Source of the DNA: Bacteroidota bacterium
Lineage (GTDB): Bacteria; Bacteroidota; Rhodothermia; Rhodothermales; UBA10348
NCBI GenBank assembly: GCA_022567305.1
Contig: JADFHF010000015.1
Span: 1-64,000, forward strand
DNA: 64,000 nt
Reading direction: 5' to 3'
A program made the position numbers and the translations under genes. Of the stretch, positions 47,503 to 56,003 are shown piece by piece. Below the pieces are notes generated by a model. It searched no databases. It saw only the letters and a program-made list of their open reading frames with translations, and was not told the origin of the DNA. Each line of letters begins with the position of its first letter. Within the stretch, counting starts at the first letter, position 1.

Positions 47503-48756
47503 TTATGATTTGCTCGGTGGTGTTTTGAATAGACTCGCGCCTACCATCTGCCCAAATCCACTTCTTTTACTGCCAGCCATAGCCCGATCCATATCGTCTG
47601 ACGTGATTACTCGGAGGCCATGTCTCGCACCATAGGCCCTCAATCCTTTCTTGACCTTACTGCGGATGAACTCAATGGGGATCCTCTCCATTCGATGGAG
47701 AACGGGATCCGAGAATATAATCTCGGATGATTCGGGAAGCGTAATTTTTCCGGGCTGATACGTACACGCCGGATCTTCGGCCAGGTAATCGCCTTCGGCT
47801 GAAAAGGCTCTACAACGACATCCGCCACAAAGCTCCTTGAACTCACAGGCGCCACAGCGTCCTTTCAAGAGAGACAAATCCCTAAGCTCTGTGAATACGT
47901 GTGACGAATTCCAGATCTGCGTAAACCCTTCGTCGCGCACATTCCCGGCTACCACATCCATATACGGGCACGGCGTTACGTTCCCTTCCGGTGTAATTCG
48001 GCAATATTCTGTGGCTGCCATGCACCCACCACTTTCCAGGCCTCCTTTGCCCATTTCGTAAGAGATCTGCTTAAACTGCGGGGCGCATTTGGCGCGGACG
48101 AGCATGGGCGCATAGTCTTCCTGGGATTCGACCAGTTGCCTCAGGCAATCCTCGGTCTCCTGGGGTGTGAGATCGTTCATTTCAAGCCCCCTTCCCGTGC
48201 GCACCAGGAAGTACAGGTTAAACGACCAGGCATCACGGTCCTTCGCAAATTGGATGAGGTCGCCGATTTCGTCCATATTCTCGCGGGTAACGGTCGACTG
48301 GACCAGCACTTCCATTCCGTGCTCCCTGCAGATCTCGAGGGCGCGAACGGAATACTTCCACGCATCCGGGCCTCCACGGAATGCGTTGTGGGTCTCCGGG
48401 TCGACCGAATCGATACTGATCCCCACTCCCTTGACTCCGCACTCCACCATTTTGGCGGCTACGTGTTCGTTCACGAGTACGCCGTTGGTTCCCATCACGA
48501 CCCAGATGCCTTTCGACGAGGCACATGATGCGATATCGTAAATATCTCGGCGGAGAAGCGGTTCGCCGCCGGTCAGGATCAGCATCTCCGTGCCCAGCGA
48601 ATGCATCTCATCTACCAGGCGAAGACACTCGTCGGTGGTTAGTTCATCCTCAGCGCTGTCTCCGGCATCCAGATAGCAGTGCGGACACGCCAGATTACAT
48701 TTCTTGGTGAGATTCCACGAAACGAGCGAGGGGCGGTATGTCTGCAGCGTTTCGAT
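47503..48756 (-). CDS. Radical SAM / SPASM-domain enzyme with C-terminal PCP_red-like domain; no canonical start codon upstream of the CxxxCxxC motif
   Basis: The ORF-track version starts at ATG 48606 (MHSLGTEMLILTGGEPLL). The same frame stays open 58 codons upstream and contains the radical-SAM cluster motif CNLACPHCY. SPASM Cys motifs read CGACEFKELCGGCRCRA. The C-terminal PVLHRMERIPIEFIRSKVKKGLRAYGARHGLRVITSDDMDRA is PCP_red-like. The only start candidate is ATC, overlapping the upstream gene's TAA (TAATC). Confidence 0.6.
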   Translation of the reverse strand: METLQTYRPSLVSWNLTKKCNLACPHCYLDAGDSAEDELTTDECLRLVDEMHSLGTEMLILTGGEPLLRRDIYDIASCASSKGIWVVMGTNGVLVNEHVAAKMVECGVKGVGISIDSVDPETHNAFRGGPDAWKYSVRALEICREHGMEVLVQSTVTRENMDEIGDLIQFAKDRDAWSFNLYFLVRTGRGLEMNDLTPQETEDCLRQLVESQEDYAPMLVRAKCAPQFKQISYEMGKGGLESGGCMAATEYCRITPEGNVTPCPYMDVVAGNVRDEGFTQIWNSSHVFTELRDLSLLKGRCGACEFKELCGGCRCRAFSAEGDYLAEDPACTYQPGKITLPESSEIIFSDPVLHRMERIPIEFIRSKVKKGLRAYGARHGLRVITSDDMDRAMAGSKRSGFGQMVGASLFKTPPSKS

Positions 48757-50297
48757 TACGCTTCTTCTCCACGCTTGTCGTCAGAAGATGCTCTTGCGCC
48801 ATGAACTTTTTTCCGGGTAACAAACGTGACGACGAGCCCCAGAAGCAGTGTGGCAAATCCGTATGCCATCATGGGTAGGACAGGAGACTCTTTTACGGCA
48901 ACATCCATATACAGGTAAGCCCAACTGGTAAGACCTCGTTTGTTACCTCTTTCTCTGCTGAATCCGTCCCATATCGAAAAGGCGATCGGTACGAACGTTC
49001 CTTCTTCAAAAGCAATGTGGGCCTCCTCATTTCGGGCGCGTCGGAAGATGACCGTCCACTCGCCTTCCTGGAATGACGCCGAGACATCCAGTTCAGGACC
49101 CTCTTCGCTCATATTCGAAGCGCCCTTGCCGACGTAGTGCCTGGCCCCTGATCCAGCAAGATCCGCAAACCAGATGTCTGTACTCAGTTTTCGATCCCCG
49201 AAGATGAAATAGGGCATCTCGGTACCCGCCGAAAGAACGGTCGGAAACTGAATGGCGACGGCATCTGAAAACACCAGCGTTGAGTCCGAATCAGCATCCA
49301 AGGCCCCTGGTGCAATGAGATCGGGTGCATTTGATCCGCTCGTTTCGGCGGCCATGTCGTGCCACTGAAGCATGATGGAGATATGTTCATCGTTGTAAAC
49401 CGCCCGTACGTCGACTCCATTGACTCCTGGGAAGAATGCTCGTCCCGGCTCGATAATCTGTCCTACCACCGGGAAATAGGCCGGCTCGATATCTGCGAAA
49501 GATTCTTGGGAGAGATCCATCGTCCTGGTGGTCGCATGCGCCGTTACCATCGTTGCATAATTTGGCTCGTCCCGAGAGAGAGAATAGACGTAATCGACCA
49601 GCGCCCACTGATCTTCCGTCGGTGAGATTTCGAATGACGGCATGGGTGAGCCGTCGAGTCCAGTCGTAAAGGTCTGGTAAATATCCTCACGGGTTCCTCC
49701 CCCCCGGAATGTCCAGCGCTTCGTCATGTCAGCTGCCCGGATTGGATACCCCCACCGATCTTCCAGCGTGGGCGCAGATGGCCCGTCTCCCAGCCCCCGG
49801 TTTCCGTGGCAGTCAGAACATTGATTCGTTTCGTACACCTCGCGTCCACGGGCTATGGATTCATCCGTCATTGAAGGCGGACTAGGCATTTCGAGCGCGG
49901 TGACCTCTCCAAACGGGCCCGAAAAATCAGATGAAAACGTTTTGATGTGGTACATCAGATTGGTCACATCCGCATTCGAGAGCGACGGCCACGGCGGCAT
50001 GGCCGTATATGGCATGCCGTTCCGAATGCTGTTCCTGATATCCTCATCGGTTGGCAGTTCCCCACTGGCGGTCGTCCGAAACTTAAACGTACCGGTCGTG
50101 AAGTTTCGTGGGGCAGGACGAAAGACAGAGGCAACTGTCGGGCGAGGCACACCGTCTGACCCATGGCAATGGGCACATTTTGCTTCGTAAACGACCCGTC
50201 CCGCTTCACGTTGCTCGTCGGTTCCCAGATCGACATTCTGCGCAGCGACGCTGAAAACCGGAATAACCAAGGCCATCATGCAAGCCAGAATTCTCAT
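48756..50297 (-). CDS. Membrane-anchored dihaem c-type cytochrome (CcoP-like tandem class-I domains) with a 250-aa extra domain and C-terminal TM
   Basis: 513 aa with signal peptide, CAHCHG and CSDCHG haem motifs, and the TAMPPWP motif. A C-terminal hydrophobic helix reads LPMMAYGFATLLLGLVVTFV. Confidence 0.65.
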   Translation of the reverse strand: MRILACMMALVIPVFSVAAQNVDLGTDEQREAGRVVYEAKCAHCHGSDGVPRPTVASVFRPAPRNFTTGTFKFRTTASGELPTDEDIRNSIRNGMPYTAMPPWPSLSNADVTNLMYHIKTFSSDFSGPFGEVTALEMPSPPSMTDESIARGREVYETNQCSDCHGNRGLGDGPSAPTLEDRWGYPIRAADMTKRWTFRGGGTREDIYQTFTTGLDGSPMPSFEISPTEDQWALVDYVYSLSRDEPNYATMVTAHATTRTMDLSQESFADIEPAYFPVVGQIIEPGRAFFPGVNGVDVRAVYNDEHISIMLQWHDMAAETSGSNAPDLIAPGALDADSDSTLVFSDAVAIQFPTVLSAGTEMPYFIFGDRKLSTDIWFADLAGSGARHYVGKGASNMSEEGPELDVSASFQEGEWTVIFRRARNEEAHIAFEEGTFVPIAFSIWDGFSRERGNKRGLTSWAYLYMDVAVKESPVLPMMAYGFATLLLGLVVTFVTRKKVHGARASSDDKRGEEA

Positions 50298-51106
50298 TCG
50301 TGTACCTCCTTCGCCCTTGGCCTCTGATCCGTGAAGTCGTACATAAACAAAATGACATCCCAGATATCTTCCTCAGAGAGAAATGTCTCCCAGGCCGGCA
50401 TGGCCGACGACCACGGAGTGGACTCTACAGGAAGCCCGGGGGCTCCCTTCGCAATTCGCCAAAACAGGTACGACTCCTGGAGCATCGCAATGGTGGTCGG
50501 ATCCTGGAAATTGGCCGGAATGGGGTTAAAGCCGCGTGCAAACAGGCCGTCGCCTACCATATTGTCGCCGTGACATTTTACACAGTTCTGGTAGTACACG
50601 AGTCGACCGTTGCTCACATGTTCGGCAAACGCAGTCGGATCACTCGTTTCCAACTCTCGATACGGGTTGTCCTCATCAACCAGGTCGACCTGCCGGCCCT
50701 TAAATGTGATCGTAGCCGGTGGCGGCGGGTGGATCGTGCGTCCGACGACCGGCGGATCCGGCAGCTGAGTCAGGTTCTGATACACGCGAAATGCCACGAT
50801 AAACGGCAGGCCAATCAGGGCGACTACGAGCGGAATCGTATACTTTTTGTCCGTAAAAAAGCTGACGAAAGCGTTGGATACTTCCTTCAGACGATCTTCG
50901 GTCGTTGTCAGATAGACCGCCAACGACAACGTAATAATGAACATAAACATCGTCAGGACCGAGGCGGGAACGGGCGGAACGACACCGTATCTCAAGAAAA
51001 CGTAGACGGCTACCCACGTCGCAGACGACCAGGCCAGCGAGTTGGGTTTCAGAAATCGGAGGGCGATCAGTCCTGCGGCGATCGCCAGAAGTACGACGAT
51101 ATTCAC
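50294..51106 (-). CDS. Monohaem c-type cytochrome with N-terminal 3-4 TM anchor
   Basis: 270 aa with CVKCHG and a C-terminal class-I cytochrome c fold (SSAMPAWETFLSEEDIWDVILFMYD). Confidence 0.6.
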   Translation of the reverse strand: MNIVVLLAIAAGLIALRFLKPNSLAWSSATWVAVYVFLRYGVVPPVPASVLTMFMFIITLSLAVYLTTTEDRLKEVSNAFVSFFTDKKYTIPLVVALIGLPFIVAFRVYQNLTQLPDPPVVGRTIHPPPPATITFKGRQVDLVDEDNPYRELETSDPTAFAEHVSNGRLVYYQNCVKCHGDNMVGDGLFARGFNPIPANFQDPTTIAMLQESYLFWRIAKGAPGLPVESTPWSSAMPAWETFLSEEDIWDVILFMYDFTDQRPRAKEVHE

Positions 51107-51916
51107 CTAGTTACCCTGTTGATCTGCGAGATAGTTGACGAGCGCCCGAAGCTCCTCAGGAGACACCTTTTGATAGAATCCGAGGGCATTTAACGTGGTC
51201 AGCATGACACCGCCCGGAAATCCTTCTGCCAGTGTAGCATCGGGCTCCATCACCGCCTCATAGATTTCCGCCTTGGAAAGCCTGGATCCAACGTCAAATA
51301 AACTGGGACCCACCAATGGGTCGGGTGAATCTATGGAGTGGCACGTGTTACACAAGTACGTCGTAAAAACGCCCGGCCCGTCTAGACCGGCGCCGAGGGT
51401 AGCTCCTCCGGAAGGAGCCGGAGCAATCGCTGAGACTTCAGTTACGTATCCCACATCGGTGGCGAGCGTCACGGAAGGCGTCCCTCCCAGGCTTTGGAGG
51501 TAGGCGATGACTGCTTTGATCTCGTCGTCAGTCAATCCAATAGGAGGCCGGTTTATGGCCGGCATTCCCGCAAGAAAGCCATCCACAATGAACTCATTGG
51601 GCTCATAAAGAGAGTGAGCCAGGTATTCCAACGCTGACATCCCGGCAATTCGGGTCGAGGCTTTGGTAGCGATTCCTCCCAGGTCTGGGAAGCGAAGGCC
51701 CGAATCTCGTGATCCTACCGTATGGCATCCGAGGCAAGTACCTTTCCCCGCGACAATGTCCGCTCCGGCAATCGCGAGTTCATCAGGCGTCATGTCCGCA
51801 GAGAGGTCTGCGGACTCAGGTGGATACGTAATTTTCTGAGGTACGGTATTGCCTACATAGCTGTAAAAAGCCAGCACGACGATCACGAATCCGAATATTT
51901 TCAATGAAGATTTCAT
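51107..51916 (-). CDS. Dihaem c-type cytochrome, N-terminal TM anchor
   Basis: 269 aa with CLGCHT and CNTCHS. Confidence 0.6.
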   Translation of the reverse strand: MKSSLKIFGFVIVVLAFYSYVGNTVPQKITYPPESADLSADMTPDELAIAGADIVAGKGTCLGCHTVGSRDSGLRFPDLGGIATKASTRIAGMSALEYLAHSLYEPNEFIVDGFLAGMPAINRPPIGLTDDEIKAVIAYLQSLGGTPSVTLATDVGYVTEVSAIAPAPSGGATLGAGLDGPGVFTTYLCNTCHSIDSPDPLVGPSLFDVGSRLSKAEIYEAVMEPDATLAEGFPGGVMLTTLNALGFYQKVSPEELRALVNYLADQQGN

Positions 51917-53811
51917 TCGGGTGCCTCCACTGCTCGTTCGGTACCAACTGATTCTGCAGATCTTACTGCATCAACCGCTTTCGGCTCCCACGGCTTTTTG
52001 CCGGACAATCCGGACAGCCAGAAGACAATCGAAATGAATAAGAAAAAAATTAGTACGGTTACTGAAATCACATTTGATGCAAACCCGAGCGTGGGAGTGA
52101 ACGCATCGGGCGACGTGTCCTGCAAGACGCCGAACACATGCCAGTGCTGCCGCATACCGGCTCTCACGTAGCCCATCAGGCCCATGGTCCAGGCAAACGT
52201 CAGGGCAATGAAAAACAACGCGTATTGGGCTCGATCGGGCATCTGACCCCATTTGATCTCACCCGTCTTCTTGGCGTTTTTGAACATGAAAATGTCAATC
52301 GCGGTGACGGATATCATGGCCGTCAGCACCGCCAACACCTGCGGAACGGAGAGTGCGATCCTCACGCGTGCCTCCACGAAGTATCCGTACACACCGAGGA
52401 AAATGACGAAGAGAATCGTTACTGCGAAGATGGCAAACTGAACACGGTTTCCCGTTTTTGCCCACGGAACGATCGCTTCCTTATTTCCGCGTCTATATAA
52501 AAGGAAGCTGATGTAGGTCGTCAATATCATCACGTTCACGGCCGTATTCTTGGCCGACATGACCCCCAGCACACCCAGCATCGGGTGGTGGGCGCCGCCC
52601 ATCTGACGTGCTTCTTCGACCGTGGCCACCAGCGAATGCGGGGTCGCCCACACGATGAACGTGATCGTAACGGATGCCAGCAAGTATTTAATGAAGCGCC
52701 GGAATCGCTCGGCCCCTTCAATGCGCTCCATACTGACCCAGAGATAGTAATTCGCCGCGAGAAAGAGATTCCCGATCAGAATCGCCTGGATGATAAACAG
52801 CCAGGAAAACGTCCCACCCATGAGCGTGATGCCCAGACTTTGAGAGTAGGCATAGATTTCCTTCCCTAAATAATACCCGGCGAACGGGAGCGGGAGAAGC
52901 GCACTGATCGCAATAAAGTTGCCGATGTAGCCCATCCAGTCATAATGCGCTTTCTCTTCCTCTGTCTTGGCTCCGAGGAACTTGTAGGCGCCGTAGGCCG
53001 CAGCAATCGAACCACCGAACGCCATATTGGCGATGAGGCGGTGGATATTGATGGGCATCCAGATGAAATTGTTGATGGCATCCGGCAGGCTAACGAGCGC
53101 CCCCGTCTCCGAAATTCCATTCGGTGTGTTCATAAACGTCAGCCATGCATCCGCGATGAACATGATTGCCGTTCCAACAATGTTCAGACAGACCCCCAGG
53201 GCTAGGTGAACCTTCGGAGAGAATTTTCCCCATCCGTAGTAGTAGCTGTACAGGAACAACGCCTCTAGGAAAAAGAGAAATACATACGGGAAAAAGGTCC
53301 AGCTGAATATCGAGACCATGTAGGTGGCCACACGCGGATAGAGAATGAAGAGCATAAACGTCAACATCGCTCCAAGCGTCGCCGTAAAGGAGAACGAAAC
53401 GGAGAGGAGTTTCGTGAATTCGTACGCCAGATCGTCATAACGCTTGTCTTTCGTCACGTACCCGATGATTTCGATAATCAGTGCGAACATCGGGACGGCA
53501 AGAACAAACGCGGCAAACATCAGGTGCAGCTGGGCAACCACCCACATGGCTACGCGACTACCGACGATAGGGAACGGCCGATAGTCGGGATTGGCCGCAT
53601 CCTGAAGGGCTTCCTGCGGAGACGCCCCGGCGGGGAGAGCAAGGATACCAACGATCGCCACGGCCAACAGAATCGCGGCGCAGATGGGCAGATAGCATAG
53701 GCGGAACGGATGCCGATTTCGGGGCCGCAGCTCCGTGGGTTCCCACGGACGTTCATTGACGGAACTTGACTTCCAGGGGTTGAAAAGCTTGCGGAGCCGG
53801 GTCTCGGGCAT
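51913..53811 (-). CDS. Cytochrome bd ubiquinol oxidase subunit I (CydA) homolog, standalone (no cydB)
   Basis: 632 aa, polytopic. VAQLHLMFAAF...FTKLL..SFSFTATLGAML and FLEALFLYSYYYGWGKFSPKVHLALGVCLNIVGTAIMFIADAWLTFMNTP align with the E. coli CydA helices (AMYHFLF..., [50 protein letters not shown]). The Q-loop-like motif reads RAGMRQHWHVFG. Confidence 0.55.
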   Translation of the reverse strand: MPETRLRKLFNPWKSSSVNERPWEPTELRPRNRHPFRLCYLPICAAILLAVAIVGILALPAGASPQEALQDAANPDYRPFPIVGSRVAMWVVAQLHLMFAAFVLAVPMFALIIEIIGYVTKDKRYDDLAYEFTKLLSVSFSFTATLGAMLTFMLFILYPRVATYMVSIFSWTFFPYVFLFFLEALFLYSYYYGWGKFSPKVHLALGVCLNIVGTAIMFIADAWLTFMNTPNGISETGALVSLPDAINNFIWMPINIHRLIANMAFGGSIAAAYGAYKFLGAKTEEEKAHYDWMGYIGNFIAISALLPLPFAGYYLGKEIYAYSQSLGITLMGGTFSWLFIIQAILIGNLFLAANYYLWVSMERIEGAERFRRFIKYLLASVTITFIVWATPHSLVATVEEARQMGGAHHPMLGVLGVMSAKNTAVNVMILTTYISFLLYRRGNKEAIVPWAKTGNRVQFAIFAVTILFVIFLGVYGYFVEARVRIALSVPQVLAVLTAMISVTAIDIFMFKNAKKTGEIKWGQMPDRAQYALFFIALTFAWTMGLMGYVRAGMRQHWHVFGVLQDTSPDAFTPTLGFASNVISVTVLIFFLFISIVFWLSGLSGKKPWEPKAVDAVRSAESVGTERAVEAPE

Positions 53812-53813
53812 GT

Positions 53814-54575
53814 TTAGAAGTCTAGTTCAGACATATCCTGGAGCCATGTTTCCAATTCGTCTGGCGACTCGACCGTCACAAAGCCGCGCATTCGATAATG
53901 GCTAAGACCGCACAACTGCGCGCATGCGATTTCGTATTCACCTGCTTTGATTGCCGTAAACCAAATCGGGATGGCGATGCCCGGAACAACATCCTGTTTG
54001 ATTCGAAGCTGCGGTACACCAAAACTATGAATGACATCCTTGGATGTCAGTGTGATTACGATCGGTCTATTGATCGGAAGGTGCAATTCATTAATCGTTA
54101 CGACGTCGTCGGCCGATGCCGGATCGTCTGGGTCCAATCCGATTGGATTGGATAGAACATCGATAAGATGAATATCCCGCGCCCCAAACGTACCATCGGC
54201 GCCCGGATAATGGACGTTCCATGCAAACTGTTCAGCGATGACGTTGACCTCAAAAGACTCTTCTGCAGACGGAAACTCATTCTTGAGCACACCCCAGATC
54301 GGAAACGCAAATCCAACAAGCAAGACCGCCTCCGCCAGAATGACAGCGGTCTCTTGAACCTTCGAGTATTTGCCGACTGCCCCTTCGTAACTCGCAACAG
54401 GATTTTTCTTCGTCCGGAATCGGATCAGAACATAGATGAAATACACCCCCCAACCCACTAAAAGAAGGAGCATAAGCAAGTGAACCAGCGACATCATGTA
54501 ATCAATGTCTCCCGCATGCGCAGATGCCTGTTCCGGAAGACCCAAGGAACCACTGATATCAAGAAATTCTCTCAT
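53814..54575 (-). CDS. coxB: Cytochrome c oxidase subunit II (CuA)
   Basis: 253 aa with two TM helices, then INELHLPINRPIV...DVIHSFGVPQLRIKQDVVPG...CAQLCGLSHYRM (CuA ligands H, C, C, H, M). Confidence 0.8.
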   Translation of the reverse strand: MREFLDISGSLGLPEQASAHAGDIDYMMSLVHLLMLLLLVGWGVYFIYVLIRFRTKKNPVASYEGAVGKYSKVQETAVILAEAVLLVGFAFPIWGVLKNEFPSAEESFEVNVIAEQFAWNVHYPGADGTFGARDIHLIDVLSNPIGLDPDDPASADDVVTINELHLPINRPIVITLTSKDVIHSFGVPQLRIKQDVVPGIAIPIWFTAIKAGEYEIACAQLCGLSHYRMRGFVTVESPDELETWLQDMSELDF

Positions 54576-54594
54576 GATTGTCGAAAGCTAGATG

Positions 54595-54861
54595 TCATGC
54601 AGTCGTAGTGTCCGAAGATTCCCGCTCATCTTCTGCGATGGATCGAGAGCGATTGTGCGCCTGGTTGAAAAATGAAATAATGCCGGTGAATACGACACCG
54701 ATCATAGCCAGAAGTGCAAGCATAGAGATTCCAATCGCAGTGACGATCGGTGAATCCAACCCGGCTCCAAAACACCGTTCACATGCCAGGGTTACTTCTG
54801 GAAGAATCATCCATGCACCGACAAGTGCACTCGTTGACGCTATGTATCGCAGTGTTTTCAT
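54595..54861 (-). CDS. Small membrane protein (88 aa)
   Basis: Two predicted TM helices. It sits inside the cox cluster at tight spacing. Confidence 0.35.
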   Translation of the reverse strand: MKTLRYIASTSALVGAWMILPEVTLACERCFGAGLDSPIVTAIGISMLALLAMIGVVFTGIISFFNQAHNRSRSIAEDERESSDTTTA

Positions 54862-54865
54862 ATTC

Positions 54866-55063
54866 TCAAGTGGATCCGAGATGTTTCATTTTCTTCAGAA
54901 AACGCATCCCGTAAACGATTAAAAGGATTCCAGCCAACAGAGCCGCCAGTGTCCAAACGAATCGCATGGCGCCATCAACTTCCAAAAACGCATACACGCC
55001 CATTCCGAACGTCAATAGTGTGGAGACGGTGATGAATGCGATATGGAAGGCCTTAAGAGACAA
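54866..55063 (-). CDS. Small membrane protein (65 aa)
   Basis: Two predicted TM helices. It overlaps the coxD stop. Confidence 0.35.
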   Translation of the reverse strand: MSLKAFHIAFITVSTLLTFGMGVYAFLEVDGAMRFVWTLAALLAGILLIVYGMRFLKKMKHLGST

Positions 55064-55370
55064 GGTAGCCCCCCTCTTGGGAATTGTGCGCCCAGATGAA
55101 CAGCGTCAACATAATGAACAGGAAAACGGCCGAAGCAATCAATAGCCAGAAAATCAGCTTTTTCTCGGTGATCAGATGCATGAAATAGCTGCCCACCAGA
55201 CCACCCTTGACGCAGGCGATAAACAAAGCCACGATCATCGCCGGAACGATCGGCAACTTTAGATATCCCACCGACACCGTCACGATCGTTAATACCGCAA
55301 GCGATCCAAACACCATCATGTAAACACGAACGTGTTTACGAATTTCTTCGGGACTGTGTAATTCAGCCAT
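55053..55370 (-). CDS. Cytochrome c oxidase subunit IV (bacterial caa3-type CoxD)
   Basis: 105 aa with three TM helices. It lies immediately downstream of coxC, as in aa3/caa3 operons. Confidence 0.5.
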   Translation of the reverse strand: MAELHSPEEIRKHVRVYMMVFGSLAVLTIVTVSVGYLKLPIVPAMIVALFIACVKGGLVGSYFMHLITEKKLIFWLLIASAVFLFIMLTLFIWAHNSQEGGYLVS

Positions 55371-55373
55371 ATT

Positions 55374-55991
55374 CTAAAGCAGGTAGATGGTCGGGAAGAG
55401 AAAAATCCAAACGATGTCGACGAAGTGCCAATACAGACCCGCGACCTCAATGCGGTTAGTGAAGTACTTGGGATTGGTTTTCCAGAGTTTAGTGCCCGGA
55501 CCCAGAAAATACGAGTTTATGATAATCCCACCGATCACGTGCACGGCATGAAGACCCGTCAGGACAAAATAGATCCCCAGAAAGTTGGACTCACTCGGAA
55601 ACAACCCGTGCGAGAATTTAGACGTGTATTCGATACCTTTGATGATCAGAAAGCCAAACGCTAGCAAGATCGTCGCGCCCATAAACAGGCGGTACTTGTC
55701 GAAACGATTCATCATCAGAGACGCCCAGGCCATAACGATCGTAACGCTCGATCCAATCAGAATGAACGTATTCAGCGTTGCGAGGGGTACGCTCAGCACT
55801 TCCGACGCCCGCCCGTACATATGGCCGGCCATCATGCCCGGCCACTCGGGCGCGCCAATTCGCAGAAAAATGTACGCGGAGAAAAGACCTCCGAACAACA
55901 TGATCTCGGACGCCAAAAAGAGCCAAATTCCTAATTTGGCGTTATTCACACCGGTATCGGGTCTCGCTTCTACGGTATACGGTATATCCAT
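55374..55991 (-). CDS. coxC: Cytochrome c oxidase subunit III
   Basis: 205 aa with the C-terminal HFVDIVWIFLFPTIYLL signature. Confidence 0.8.
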   Translation of the reverse strand: MDIPYTVEARPDTGVNNAKLGIWLFLASEIMLFGGLFSAYIFLRIGAPEWPGMMAGHMYGRASEVLSVPLATLNTFILIGSSVTIVMAWASLMMNRFDKYRLFMGATILLAFGFLIIKGIEYTSKFSHGLFPSESNFLGIYFVLTGLHAVHVIGGIIINSYFLGPGTKLWKTNPKYFTNRIEVAGLYWHFVDIVWIFLFPTIYLL

Positions 55992-56003
55992 TTTAGATAG
56001 GAA

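Noticed and set aside
50300-51193. 297-aa plus-strand ORF
   Set aside because: It is antisense to the monohaem cytochrome c gene, Arg-rich, with no motifs.
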